From assembly GCA_008690995.1 (NCBI GenBank), contig VRMN01000002.1, positions 248,001 to 312,000 on the forward strand: a stretch of DNA of 64,000 bases. The letters run 5' to 3'. Below, one piece after another: positions 19,982 to 29,501 of this stretch; the first letter of the stretch is position 1; the number at the start of each line of letters is the position of its first letter. The notes below the pieces were generated by a model that saw only the letters and a program-made list of their open reading frames with translations, did not search any database and was not told the DNA's origin. Origin of the DNA: Porphyridium purpureum. Lineage: Eukaryota. The position numbers were made by a program, and so were the translations under genes.

Positions 19982-22396
19982 CTAAAGTCTTGGAGCTTCT
20001 GTGTGCGGAGCATCATCTCCTGAGATGCCATTCGGTGCCTTCTGTACATCAGCCACGTGCACAGAGCCGTCCGAAACAGGCTTACGAGATGCCACCAGCT
20101 TGCTTCGCAATCGCTCTAGCTCCTCGGCTCGCGAGCTGGTTCGACGCAAGAAGGCAGGAGGACTTTCAGCAACTGCACGACCAGCAGAGTTTGATGACTG
20201 AAGCGGCATGGGAGCCGCCTGCGATGCTCTCGCCCCTTCGGACGATTCAGGCCGCGCAAAGTGGCGCGCGTCAGTACCTGGTACCTTGCCATTCAAATCC
20301 TGTTCGTTCGAAACCCCATCGCGCAATGATCTACTGCCGCTGGCCATGGCGCCACGTGAGCCAGTTGCGCGGCCTCTGGCGCCACGCCATCCGCCACGGC
20401 CACGCACAACACGTCCTGGGCGGCCACCACGGGCTCTGTGATCCTCGTGCTCGTTTCCACCCTCATTTCCATTTCCAAAGCGTTCAGCATTGGCCTTCAG
20501 CAGGTCACGCAGATCACGCGTGCGCGGCTCATTGTCTACTTCACGCCCCCGCGCCGTCACTTGACCAGTATGATGATGCTTCGGGCCGGGATTTTCGTGT
20601 GCATAAGTTGGCGATAGTGAGTCTCTAGTCCTTCCCTGTTCTTTGCTCCGCGTACCGTACGAGTCAGCCAATGAGTCACGACCGCGAGCGTCTTTGTCGT
20701 GCTCGCGAACTCGCGTGTGCTCATCACTGCGCTTGCGAGAAGATGCCCGTCCTGCATCATCTGCTTTGTGCGTGTGTGAGCTCCTTCGGGGATAGTGGCG
20801 CTTGCGGCGCCTGTGGCGCCTGTGGCGCCGCGTCGACTCGGAGGAGTCGTCCTGCTCCGTACTTGAGCCATCTGATCTTGTAGTGCGGTGATACTTTCTC
20901 GATTTCCCGTGCTTGCGCACATGTCGGTGTTTCGAGTATTTGCGGTCATCTTCGTCACCTTCATCAAGGGAACTGATGTCGCTTTCGCTTTCGCTTTCCT
21001 CTTCTGACTCGGACGTGTCAGATGCAGGTCGCGAATGTTTGCGCGAGCGCTTTCTGTGCTTTTGCTTCTTCTCCTTCTTCCCTCGCTTCCTCTTACGGTC
21101 GTACCTGTCTCCGCGGCGCTCCTTGTCCCTGCCGTCTCCACTGCTCATCTCCTTGCTGCGGTCTTCGCTGAAGTCAGATTCAGAACGCACACTGTCAGAA
21201 GCAGAGTCAGAGGAGACCAGAACATCATACTTCTGGCGTTTCTGGTGCTTTTTCCTGGGTCTCTTACTTGTCCTGCTCGCGTCTTTGTGCTTGCCATGCT
21301 TGCCGGACTGGCTGTGCTTATCGCGCTTGCCATGCTTATCGTGCTTGTCGTGCTTATCGTGTTTGCTGTGCTTATCGTGTTTGCTGTGTTTGCTGTGCTT
21401 GCCGTGTTTGCTGCGCTTGCTGTGCTTGCCGTGCCTGTCGAGCTTGCCGTGCTTGTTGTGCTTGTGTCGGTCAACATAGGATAGTTCTTCCGACGTTGAT
21501 ATACCGGAGCTTGTGTTGTCGCTTGACTGCGCCTGCTCGTCCGAGTTTCGTCCACTATTCTCCGCGTCCGTTTCTGATTCTTCGTCCGAAGAAATGCTCG
21601 AATCCTCCTGCCTGGAAGACCTTCTGCGCTTCTTACCGCGACGCTTAAGCTCGTTCGATTGCTCGCTGCGCGTCCGCTGTCGACGCTTTCGACCCTCGCC
21701 TGCTTCTTCTAAAGAAGAGCCTGACGCGACGATTCGCGAATCTGCACGTGCGGACTCAGCATCTTCGGTGCTCGTGCTGTGCGACGAGCTGGGAGCGTAA
21801 TCAACAATCGCTGCGACGCGACCTGCAGGATCCGTGCCCTCTTGGCCTTGCACATCGCCACGCGAGAGCCTATTCAGCTGCGACATGGGGTCGAATTCTC
21901 GCGAAGCCCGTGCTGGCCGCTCCTCGGTTCGTTTCAGTGCCTTGTGTGCGGTGCCTGCGCGGTCACGAGTCTGATGATCCGCCCTTTGCTCTGCCTCTGC
22001 TAGACCGCATTTCTGCGGCAAGTGTTGCTCAGGTAGACGGCGCGCGTGCTGCAAATCCGAGCGTGACCGGGAACTCGCGTCGCCGTCCTCTTGTAGCGCG
22101 CCGCCGTCCATCCAGCGAAGCAACGCGCTCACAAACTCGTGCGTGCGGGAGCCGTAAAACCCAGAAAGCCTTTCCTCAATCTGCCTACTCCTTGTGCGCG
22201 GTGTCAGAACGAGCTCGCGCTCCTCAAGGCCTCCGACAAGCTGCGCAGCTGACGCGGACGTGCTGCGCAACACCTCGAGCACATACTGCACCAACAGGTC
22301 ATCCTCCTCCTCCACATTCAACACCCTCCTTGTCAACAAACTGATCTGTGCCTCGAGCTTCTCCTGCGCGCCTGGCTCATCGCGCACGCCGTGCAT
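19982..22396 (-). CDS. Low-complexity Arg/Ser/Lys/His-rich nuclear protein with an N-terminal PWI-like helical domain
   Basis: Long ORF; EEEDDLLVQYVLEVL...LSGFYGSRTHEFVSALLRW resembles PWI; basic NLS-like tracts. Confidence 0.6.
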   Translation of the reverse strand: MHGVRDEPGAQEKLEAQISLLTRRVLNVEEEDDLLVQYVLEVLRSTSASAAQLVGGLEERELVLTPRTRSRQIEERLSGFYGSRTHEFVSALLRWMDGGALQEDGDASSRSRSDLQHARRLPEQHLPQKCGLAEAEQRADHQTRDRAGTAHKALKRTEERPARASREFDPMSQLNRLSRGDVQGQEGTDPAGRVAAIVDYAPSSSHSTSTEDAESARADSRIVASGSSLEEAGEGRKRRQRTRSEQSNELKRRGKKRRRSSRQEDSSISSDEESETDAENSGRNSDEQAQSSDNTSSGISTSEELSYVDRHKHNKHGKLDRHGKHSKRSKHGKHSKHSKHDKHSKHDKHDKHDKHGKRDKHSQSGKHGKHKDASRTSKRPRKKHQKRQKYDVLVSSDSASDSVRSESDFSEDRSKEMSSGDGRDKERRGDRYDRKRKRGKKEKKQKHRKRSRKHSRPASDTSESEEESESESDISSLDEGDEDDRKYSKHRHVRKHGKSRKYHRTTRSDGSSTEQDDSSESTRRHRRHRRRKRHYPRRSSHTHKADDAGRASSRKRSDEHTRVREHDKDARGRDSLADSYGTRSKEQGRTRDSLSPTYAHENPGPKHHHTGQVTARGREVDNEPRTRDLRDLLKANAERFGNGNEGGNEHEDHRARGGRPGRVVRGRGGWRGARGRATGSRGAMASGSRSLRDGVSNEQDLNGKVPGTDARHFARPESSEGARASQAAPMPLQSSNSAGRAVAESPPAFLRRTSSRAEELERLRSKLVASRKPVSDGSVHVADVQKAPNGISGDDAPHTEAPRL
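21286..21465 (-). repeat. 9-bp coding minisatellite encoding (K-H-G/S/D)n
   Basis: HKHNKHGK..KHGKHSKHSKHDKHSKHDKHDKHDKHGK. Confidence 0.85.
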
Positions 22397-22504
22397 CCTC
22401 GCCGTACGCCGCCGTGTATCCAGTCCTACAACCAACGTTCTCTTCTTCTGCTGTCTCCCTCCCCCGGCACGCGCCACCGCGCCTTCGTCGCCCCGCAACC
22501 AATC

Positions 22505-22564
22505 CACTGAACACCGCTGAACACGACTAACTACCACTGAACACTACTGGAACTCACTGAACCC
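22505..22564. repeat. Degenerate 10-bp tandem array (CACTGAACAC) in a promoter region
   Basis: cactgaacac cgctgaacac gactaactac cactgaacac tactggaact cactgaaccc. Confidence 0.8.
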
Positions 22565-23722
22565 TCGCGGGAATTTCCGGTTCAGTTCACGTACGCTCGC
22601 AGAACTGTACCAACTGTACATAAAAGCATACTTTTCTCTTTTTTAAGTATTACGCGGCATTCTTTCACGTGGTTCTTTCATCATTTTTAAACTGTACTTC
22701 ATGTACAGTTGCGTGTGGATGAGGATCCGGGTCTGGGCGGCGCTGGAATCTGGCCAAGTCCAATCAGCACGTGCCGTGTCAGAGCGGAAGCGCGGCTATC
22801 GATGGCCGCGACATGAGCGCCAGACGTGATGATGATATCGAGCCACTGGCTTGGATTCCGCAACTTGCGTCCTTCTCCTCCTCCACCTCCACCCTCCACC
22901 ATTAATCCCTCTGCCGTGTGTCCGTGTTGTGGCAGATGGAATCACAAGCTGCGCAAGGGAGCGTTCTGGCAACAAACTGCTCACCATAGTTGAGCGTGGT
23001 TAGCTAGCTGCTGGCTCACCAGGCGTGCCGGCAGTTCTGGCCAGTTCTGGGGCGATGGCGATGACACATGCGACCCGCCCACTTTTTTGTCGCACATAGC
23101 GGGAACGAGCGACTCGAGAGGGATGATGACCAGGACACAGTCGTTCGCTCGAGACTCGTGCCAGCTGGCTTCTTTGGGGAGGAAGTTGCACTCTCCTTGC
23201 ACGTGCGGTAGATTCGTTCCGGACGACGTGGCGAGGATGCCCGGCGAGGCGACACGTTCATGCGGCGCACAGTCCGGTCCGGCACGTCCGTACACACTCA
23301 TGGAAAAAGGGTCAGAACAGGCGGTTTCGAGAACCACCTCCCGCAGCTTTTATCGGATGACACGGACTGCTGTGCGGCCTGCCGCCGTCAGGCCGGATGG
23401 AAGAGTTCCAGGACTCAGGGTGTGAAAGAAGACAAGCGCGTGGACAAGCGTGCAGACTTGTCATCGGCGCAGTGTCAGCGTCGTGTCGTCATTCGAGTGC
23501 AACTCAAGTCGCGCAATCGAGCGAAACAGATGCCAAGGCGAGCATAAGGTGCCGGACGGACATCACGCACTATCACGCACGTTCCCATATTTAAGCAACG
23601 GCCAACTGCGAGGGAGCTGCGCATTGATCAGAGAATCACGAACGATTGCAACTCTATCTCGGCCGTGCCCGCAAAACAAACGTGGTGTTCAAGGGCTGTT
23701 GTGTGTCCTCGCGCGACGTTGA

Positions 23723-24349
23723 ATGGATTCACTTCAAGCCACGGACGACGTCGAGAACCAGAAACTGCACAGGATGGTATCGATGGTTTCCGACCCGCTT
23801 GAGCTCGACTTGCAGGCCAGGAACTGCATGTCGTCGTCACCGCCAAGCGCACCAGTCTTGCAGCGGCTCTCCGAAACGAGGAACTTTACCTTCGACAATA
23901 CTTCATTATGTGCCTCGGGACGCACTGCCTCCATGTTGTCGTCGCCCTGCCAGCAAACGGTGCGTCCTTTGAAGTCCTGCTCAGACGTGTCGCTCTCGTT
24001 GAGGCAGTCAGCGGACGCATCGCGCTCGATGAGCAGCCAGAGCGGCGAGCCGCGCGTGAGACTGCTCTGTGATCTTATGCCTCAATTGTCACTATCACCG
24101 AATGCGTTCTACTCACCGCGGCCTTCCCGGTCAGCTTCGTGTGAATGTGCTGCGGGGGAAGCGTCGGACAGAGGCAACGAAAATTCAACGGCGTCGTGTC
24201 TGCGGTGCATTGACAAGCTGATGACTTTGCCACGGGCCAAAACTACCGCAGGCATCGACATTTTGAGGCAACGGCTCTCCGCGATCCCAGAGGTGGAGCA
24301 TGAGCGATCAGAAGATTCGTTCAACCACATCGAGCATGGAGAGCATTGA
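23723..24349 (+). CDS. Hypothetical Ser-rich protein
   Basis: 208-aa ATG-initiated ORF followed by an AT-rich 3' region; no recognisable domain. Confidence 0.5.
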   Translation: MDSLQATDDVENQKLHRMVSMVSDPLELDLQARNCMSSSPPSAPVLQRLSETRNFTFDNTSLCASGRTASMLSSPCQQTVRPLKSCSDVSLSLRQSADASRSMSSQSGEPRVRLLCDLMPQLSLSPNAFYSPRPSRSASCECAAGEASDRGNENSTASCLRCIDKLMTLPRAKTTAGIDILRQRLSAIPEVEHERSEDSFNHIEHGEH

Positions 24350-24532
24350 CGTCGGGTTCGTGAATTGATAGATTAATTGTGTATTCAAAGCAGGTAGTGT
24401 CAGGTCCATAAATCCTCAGAGTACTTGACCTCACCATATCATCTTACGCTCTACTGGATGTACCTGGAACTCAAACTGCAGTACAGAGCACTTTACATGT
24501 TTAAATATTAGAATAGTCCCACTCACATTACA

Positions 24533-25720
24533 TTAAAAGCACCTCGCAATGGCCTCGGCCTGGCGCGGGTCCAGCGACGACGGGAAGGTCACGTCCACTT
24601 TCACAATCACGTCTCCTCGTCGCTGCTCCTTGCGATTCAGCATCCCCTTGCCACTCACGATGCGGCGCGAGCCCGGCTGCGTCACTTGGCCGGCGCTGAA
24701 CTTGAGATGCTCCACCGTACCGTCAGGAAGTGTTAGAGGAATCACTTTGCCTCCCAGCAGGGCCTCCTTCAGTCCCAGCTTGACTGTGGCGTGCAAGTCA
24801 TCGCCCCGTCGTTCAAACACATCGTGCTTGATCTGCTTCACGACAAACACCACATTTTGTCGTACGTTTCCGTAGTTGTCGCCGGCGCCTTCATACGTGA
24901 TTTTCGTGCCTTCCTTCCATCCCGGCAGCACGTCAATCTCGATAACCTTCGACTCTGTGGCCAATCCACCACTCGGACTCTGTACACGCCGTGTGACCTT
25001 CATGCGCTTGCGCGTGCCAGTGTACAAGTCTGCCAGCGTGCACCGCAGGTCGATTTCGACATTCTGGACTTCAGGCTGCGGCGCACTTCTCTTCCGAGAA
25101 AACGGGCCAAAGCTGCCGTCTGTATCCATGTCCATGTCCATACGCATTCCGCGCGCACTTCCAGCGCCGCTACCGCCAAACATGCCGCCAGAGCTCTCCA
25201 TGCTTGCGAAATCGTCCCCGCCAAACGAGAAGCCGCCCCCGCTGCCGCCAAACATTTCCTCAAACAGGCGGCGCGCGTCAACACCGGCACTGTGAGCGCT
25301 TGTGCGCCCACCCTTCTGTGTGAATACAAAGGTGCCATTCCCAAAGCCTTGTGGCATGCCTCCTGCTCCGGCCGGGAACGCCCCCAGGCCGCCTGCGCGG
25401 CCTCCGAATTGCTGCTTCTGCTGCTCGACGGCGTTCTCAAAGTCCTGCGCCGTCATTCCGGACGAAAGTGCCTTGAGCAAGTCCTCGCCATATTCGTCGT
25501 ACAGCCTTCTCTTCTGCTCGTCGCTCAAAATCGCGTACGCCTCGCCTATTTCCTGAAACTTTTGGTTTGCCTGCTCCTTCATGGCGTCCTTATGCCGGTC
25601 TGGATGCCACTTCATGGCCGCCTTCTTGTATGCCTTTTTCAACTCTGCCTCATCTTTCGTGCCGGGCGGCACGCCCAGCACGTCGTACAGCCGTCCTTTC
25701 CTCTGCGGCGCGCTCCCCAT
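24533..25720 (-). CDS. Class II J-protein (DNAJB/Sis1-like Hsp40)
   Basis: J domain with KWHPDR, G/F-rich linker, C-terminal domain LADLYTG..K, PGWKEGTKIT, FERRGDDL; no zinc finger. Confidence 0.93.
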   Translation of the reverse strand: MGSAPQRKGRLYDVLGVPPGTKDEAELKKAYKKAAMKWHPDRHKDAMKEQANQKFQEIGEAYAILSDEQKRRLYDEYGEDLLKALSSGMTAQDFENAVEQQKQQFGGRAGGLGAFPAGAGGMPQGFGNGTFVFTQKGGRTSAHSAGVDARRLFEEMFGGSGGGFSFGGDDFASMESSGGMFGGSGAGSARGMRMDMDMDTDGSFGPFSRKRSAPQPEVQNVEIDLRCTLADLYTGTRKRMKVTRRVQSPSGGLATESKVIEIDVLPGWKEGTKITYEGAGDNYGNVRQNVVFVVKQIKHDVFERRGDDLHATVKLGLKEALLGGKVIPLTLPDGTVEHLKFSAGQVTQPGSRRIVSGKGMLNRKEQRRGDVIVKVDVTFPSSLDPRQAEAIARCF

Positions 25721-25821
25721 GTCTGGTGCTCTCTCCCGGGTCTCACTCTACCTGCCACGCCACAACGTGCTCCTCTTCCTCACGATTCAGCACTCTCCAA
25801 TTGACACGTTACTCCCGCGCC

Positions 25822-25827
25822 TATATA
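25822..25827 (-). promoter_or_regulatory. TATA-like box of the DnaJ gene
   Basis: TATATA about 100 bp upstream of the ATG in GC-rich context. Confidence 0.55.
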
Positions 25828-25939
25828 GCCGCTGCCTCCCCACCTGGTGCTCTTGCGCGCTGCGTCTCGCATGCTTTGTACCTTTCCACACGCCGCATCC
25901 TTCCGCGCGCACATGTGCATGTCTCACCGCGTCGCGCAC

Positions 25940-25969
25940 CTTCTCGAAATTTCTAGCAGCTCCTAGAAC
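25940..25969. promoter_or_regulatory. Heat-shock element (HSE)
   Basis: TTCtcGAAatTTCtaGCAgcTCCtaGAA: three perfect alternating nGAAn units plus a degenerate extension. Confidence 0.75.
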
Positions 25970-25975
25970 ACCACC

Positions 25976-26073
25976 CACTGAACACCCACTGAACACTCAC
26001 TGAACACCCACTGAACACCCACTGAACATTCACTGAACATTCACTGAACATTCACTGAACATTCACTGAACTT
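25976..26073. repeat. 9 x 11-bp tandem array CACTGAACA(CC/CT/TT)
   Basis: Counted directly; the last unit is truncated. Confidence 0.92.
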
Positions 26074-26128
26074 CTGGTGTACCCGTGAGAGGTACAGTGT
26101 TGAGGAGGCGCCAAAAAATCTCGCGTGG

Positions 26129-26148
26129 TTTCGAGAAGTATCTGGAAC
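26129..26148. promoter_or_regulatory. Heat-shock element upstream of the BAG gene
   Basis: TTCgaGAAgtATCtgGAA; TATAAG follows at 26207. Confidence 0.65.
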
Positions 26149-26383
26149 GTGGCGGTGGTGCTGGGACATGCAACCGGGCAGCTGCGTGACGCGGCTCATG
26201 GCGGGGTATAAGATGGCGCGTGGCGCGCCGAGAGCACTGGAAGGAATGGTCACAGCCGGATCACAGCAGACAGGCAGCAGAGCAGCGAAGTCAGACAAAG
26301 AGAGAAGGAGCGAGACAGCGAGTCAAATAGAGAAGTGATCAGACACACAGGCTGCGGTGCGTGAGAGTGGGAATAAGTGAAGC

Positions 26384-27874
26384 ATGTTCAGAGCGCCAGT
26401 GCTTGGAGGGTGGATGCGTCCTGACCCAGTGTTCGCCGTGCCGTATGATCCAGAGCTGGAGTACTTGGATTACTTGAAGGCACAGCGTATTGCGCAATTG
26501 CGTCACGAGGAGCAGTGCCGACAGGAGCAGCAGTGGCGGCGGGAGCAGCAGAGGCGCCAGCAGCAGCAGCAGTGGCGAGAGCACCAGCAGCAGCTGAAGC
26601 GTGCTTACGCTCGAAGCATGGCTGCGCAGACATCGAAGGCGGGTAAGGCGCAGCGAATGGAGCAGCGTATGACCCCGGCGCATGCGGCAGAGCTCGTGTT
26701 TGCCGTGCTCATGGGCAATCATGTGCGTGCGTCGCAAGTTCTGGATCGGCTAGCCAAGCTTCGATCGCTGCAGGATCGTCTCAATGCGCTTAAGACAGAA
26801 TTCGCTCCCAAATTTGATCAAGGCACGGCCACAGAGAAGGACGCGCTTGTCTTTTCGGAAAAATTGATGGCATTGCTCTTGGAGACAGACAGCATCTCGA
26901 GTCTTTTCATCCGCGAACACCGACGCCAGTTTGTCCAGGACATCAATGCATGTCTTGCTCGCGTGGACGAATGGCGTGAATCAACCAGCAAAGGAACAGA
27001 TGCTATGGTGGCTGAAAGCCAAAAAGTGGAAGATGCAAATATGAGCATGTGTTCGGATGCTGACGGGGGCGACGCGCTAAATGCTCAAGGTTTCGATTCT
27101 GAATCAGTTGGACAGACGCAGAGCACGGCAAGCTCCCTAGAGGACATGCTGGCAGAATGGCGTGGCTCTTCTGTGCCCCTGAGGCAGCCCGAGGAAGGGC
27201 ACGAGCAGAAAAGCGTGCCCACGTCTGGTCTCGAGTTCGAATCCCCTTCTCTTGACCAGTCGCTCGCGTTGTGGAAGCAAGCCACAGAGTCTGCGCATCC
27301 CGAGGCCCAAACGCAAGGAAATGAAATTATCGAATCGAACGAGGAGCAGGCTAAACAAGCAGCTGACAAGTCGAACCATGAAATTCCAGTCCAAGAAGCT
27401 GAAGAAGCGTCATCTTCAGAAGAGAGCAACGCACGAGCGGCAAGTGAGGAAGCCAAGCAAGAGCCACTCGAAACGCCTCGCGCAGTGTCTGGCGTGGAAG
27501 CTCGTGAACATTTGATCGCAGCAGCTGGACTTGCGAGTGCAAAAGTAGCGCAATCAGGCAAAACTGCTGAAGACTGCAAGGTCAAACATAAGAGCCCAGA
27601 TGCAGGTGATCGTGAGTCAGAAATAATGCAGGGTAGAGGGGTGCTACATGAGCATCGGCCGCACCCAATTGATGCTTCACGTGTCTCTCACGCGGCCAGG
27701 CCGGCACGATTTTTTCGCGTGGAACCGCAAGAGAAGATCTCGTGCTGCCCCGCAGTTTGGACTGGACGACGCGAAACACAACAGAAAGCGCTTGAAGAGC
27801 AGCAGCGCTTGCTAGAAGAGACGCTTCGCAAGTTTCATACACCCAGTTTGTGCGGCGCACGGATTCTTGTGTAG
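26384..27874 (+). CDS. BAG-domain co-chaperone (plant BAG5/6/7-like) with Q-rich N-terminus and acidic disordered C-terminus
   Basis: FSEKLMALLLETDSI...IREHRRQFVQDINACLARVD matches BAG helices 2-3; preceded by a degenerate IQ-like segment. Confidence 0.7.
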   Translation: MFRAPVLGGWMRPDPVFAVPYDPELEYLDYLKAQRIAQLRHEEQCRQEQQWRREQQRRQQQQQWREHQQQLKRAYARSMAAQTSKAGKAQRMEQRMTPAHAAELVFAVLMGNHVRASQVLDRLAKLRSLQDRLNALKTEFAPKFDQGTATEKDALVFSEKLMALLLETDSISSLFIREHRRQFVQDINACLARVDEWRESTSKGTDAMVAESQKVEDANMSMCSDADGGDALNAQGFDSESVGQTQSTASSLEDMLAEWRGSSVPLRQPEEGHEQKSVPTSGLEFESPSLDQSLALWKQATESAHPEAQTQGNEIIESNEEQAKQAADKSNHEIPVQEAEEASSSEESNARAASEEAKQEPLETPRAVSGVEAREHLIAAAGLASAKVAQSGKTAEDCKVKHKSPDAGDRESEIMQGRGVLHEHRPHPIDASRVSHAARPARFFRVEPQEKISCCPAVWTGRRETQQKALEEQQRLLEETLRKFHTPSLCGARILV

Positions 27875-27975
27875 AGCCGAATCGGTGTGCCATCTTTTCT
27901 AATCCATTTTGCGTCCCAATTAAAGTAATACACTTACACTCTTCTGATTCACGTGTTTTTTTAGCTCTTTCGCGG

Positions 27976-29292
27976 CTACTCCTCGACCTCAATGTAACCG
28001 GCAAGGCGCAGCTTTGCGTAATAATCTTCGTATTCGGTTGGCGTCATCTTTTCCGTGTGCTCCTCTGTAATTTCATCCAGTTTCAACTTTGTTTCTCCGA
28101 CCATGACAAATAATTCTTCTTGCTCGCTCTGCTGCTGTTGCGGTCGGCTGGGTACGTCTAAGCCTGTCGGAATGGATGATGGCACATCCACAAAATTCGC
28201 ATCAAATTCCTCCTCCCCTTCTTCTTCTTCACCTTTGATAGGCGCCACGGCTGCAGCTGTATCTGCTCCTTCGTGTTGCTGCTGTGCTTGCTGGTCCCGA
28301 AGATAGGCCTCGTAGTATGCGCTGCCAGACGTCCCGGCAGCTGCCGCCTCAGCACCACCACTAGGCACCGCTGGGTCTTTTTTGGACAGCATTGTCGCTT
28401 GCACTTCGGCCGGTTTCTGTCCACCTGCCGCCAATCCTTCTTGCTGAAACCATACTGGCTTTTCCGGGATCATTGAGTCCTGGCTCGGCGCTGTCACCTG
28501 GTCGGCATTGGAATCAACCAATTCCACAGCTACCGCGTTCGGGCGGGCACCGTATGTTTCAAACTCAGACACATGGATGTTGACCGAGCGGCCCGTTCCG
28601 TCGACCGTCTCAGGCACGTACTTGCCCCATACCGCTTCGTCTGCACCTTCAAGCGGATGCGCCGGGACATGCACACCGTCACAGGCCTCGAGCAACTCAA
28701 CAAGTGGGCGGAGCTGACTTTCTAGTGTATTCTGCAGCTCCCGCGCGCGCTGCTCCTCACCTTGCGTATCTTCTTCCACGACCGCGCCGCGGCATACGCG
28801 CTTCCGTCCCAGTTGCTTGTCGCACACAAGCATGCCCGTGTTGAAATCGACGAGCCGGTTCACGTCCAGCGCAGTGTACGAGCGTGCGCAGTTCTCGCAC
28901 ACGTATTTTTGGTGCTCAAGTTCGTTCTCAATACGGTGCTTGATGCCAAGGCGCATAAAATGGAAGCGATACCTGACCAGATCAAGAAAGGTTTGGAAGT
29001 CCACAAACCAGAATTGCGATGTGACGGATCTGAACCAGCCCGGTCCCTTTTTCTCCACCACTCGCCTTTGAGTGCGTTTCTCGCAGCGGAGAATCAGCGC
29101 GCGCTTCATTAAATCCAAGATCGCGCGCACGTCCTTGGCCGCGCTTCCGGCAAGCTTCTCCACGATCGTTTCTTCCTTGGCGTAGTTGCGCTCGAACAAA
29201 ATGATGTCTGCTACCACCACATACACATCGCTGTAGAATGCGCGCAGTGCCATGCGCGTAAAGTCGAGCACGACCGTTGGGATTTCAGCCAT
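27976..29292 (-). CDS. TFA1: Transcription factor TFIIE alpha subunit
   Basis: RMALRAFY winged helix, zinc ribbon YVCENC..Y.ALD...LVC..C, acidic tail ending MTPTEYEDYY. Confidence 0.88.
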   Translation of the reverse strand: MAEIPTVVLDFTRMALRAFYSDVYVVVADIILFERNYAKEETIVEKLAGSAAKDVRAILDLMKRALILRCEKRTQRRVVEKKGPGWFRSVTSQFWFVDFQTFLDLVRYRFHFMRLGIKHRIENELEHQKYVCENCARSYTALDVNRLVDFNTGMLVCDKQLGRKRVCRGAVVEEDTQGEEQRARELQNTLESQLRPLVELLEACDGVHVPAHPLEGADEAVWGKYVPETVDGTGRSVNIHVSEFETYGARPNAVAVELVDSNADQVTAPSQDSMIPEKPVWFQQEGLAAGGQKPAEVQATMLSKKDPAVPSGGAEAAAAGTSGSAYYEAYLRDQQAQQQHEGADTAAAVAPIKGEEEEGEEEFDANFVDVPSSIPTGLDVPSRPQQQQSEQEELFVMVGETKLKLDEITEEHTEKMTPTEYEDYYAKLRLAGYIEVEE

Positions 29293-29501
29293 AGCGCTTG
29301 CTTGCCCGTTTTCGCCAAAGTTTCCTGGGCGCTACGTTCTTGCACGAACATACGCGCCTTGTCGCGCGTCTTCGCTTTCTTGTGTGAGGAAGTTCGACAA
29401 TAAATTTTAGTTTTCGCTTTGGAGATATCACATATAGGCAGAGACACTGACGCGATGGTGGGACCCGAACAGTCACACTCTAACCCATCGTGGCAGCTTC
29501 G

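Noticed and set aside
25976..26073. CRISPR-like array
   Set aside because: Contiguous 11-bp units with no unique spacers; eukaryotic context; no cas genes
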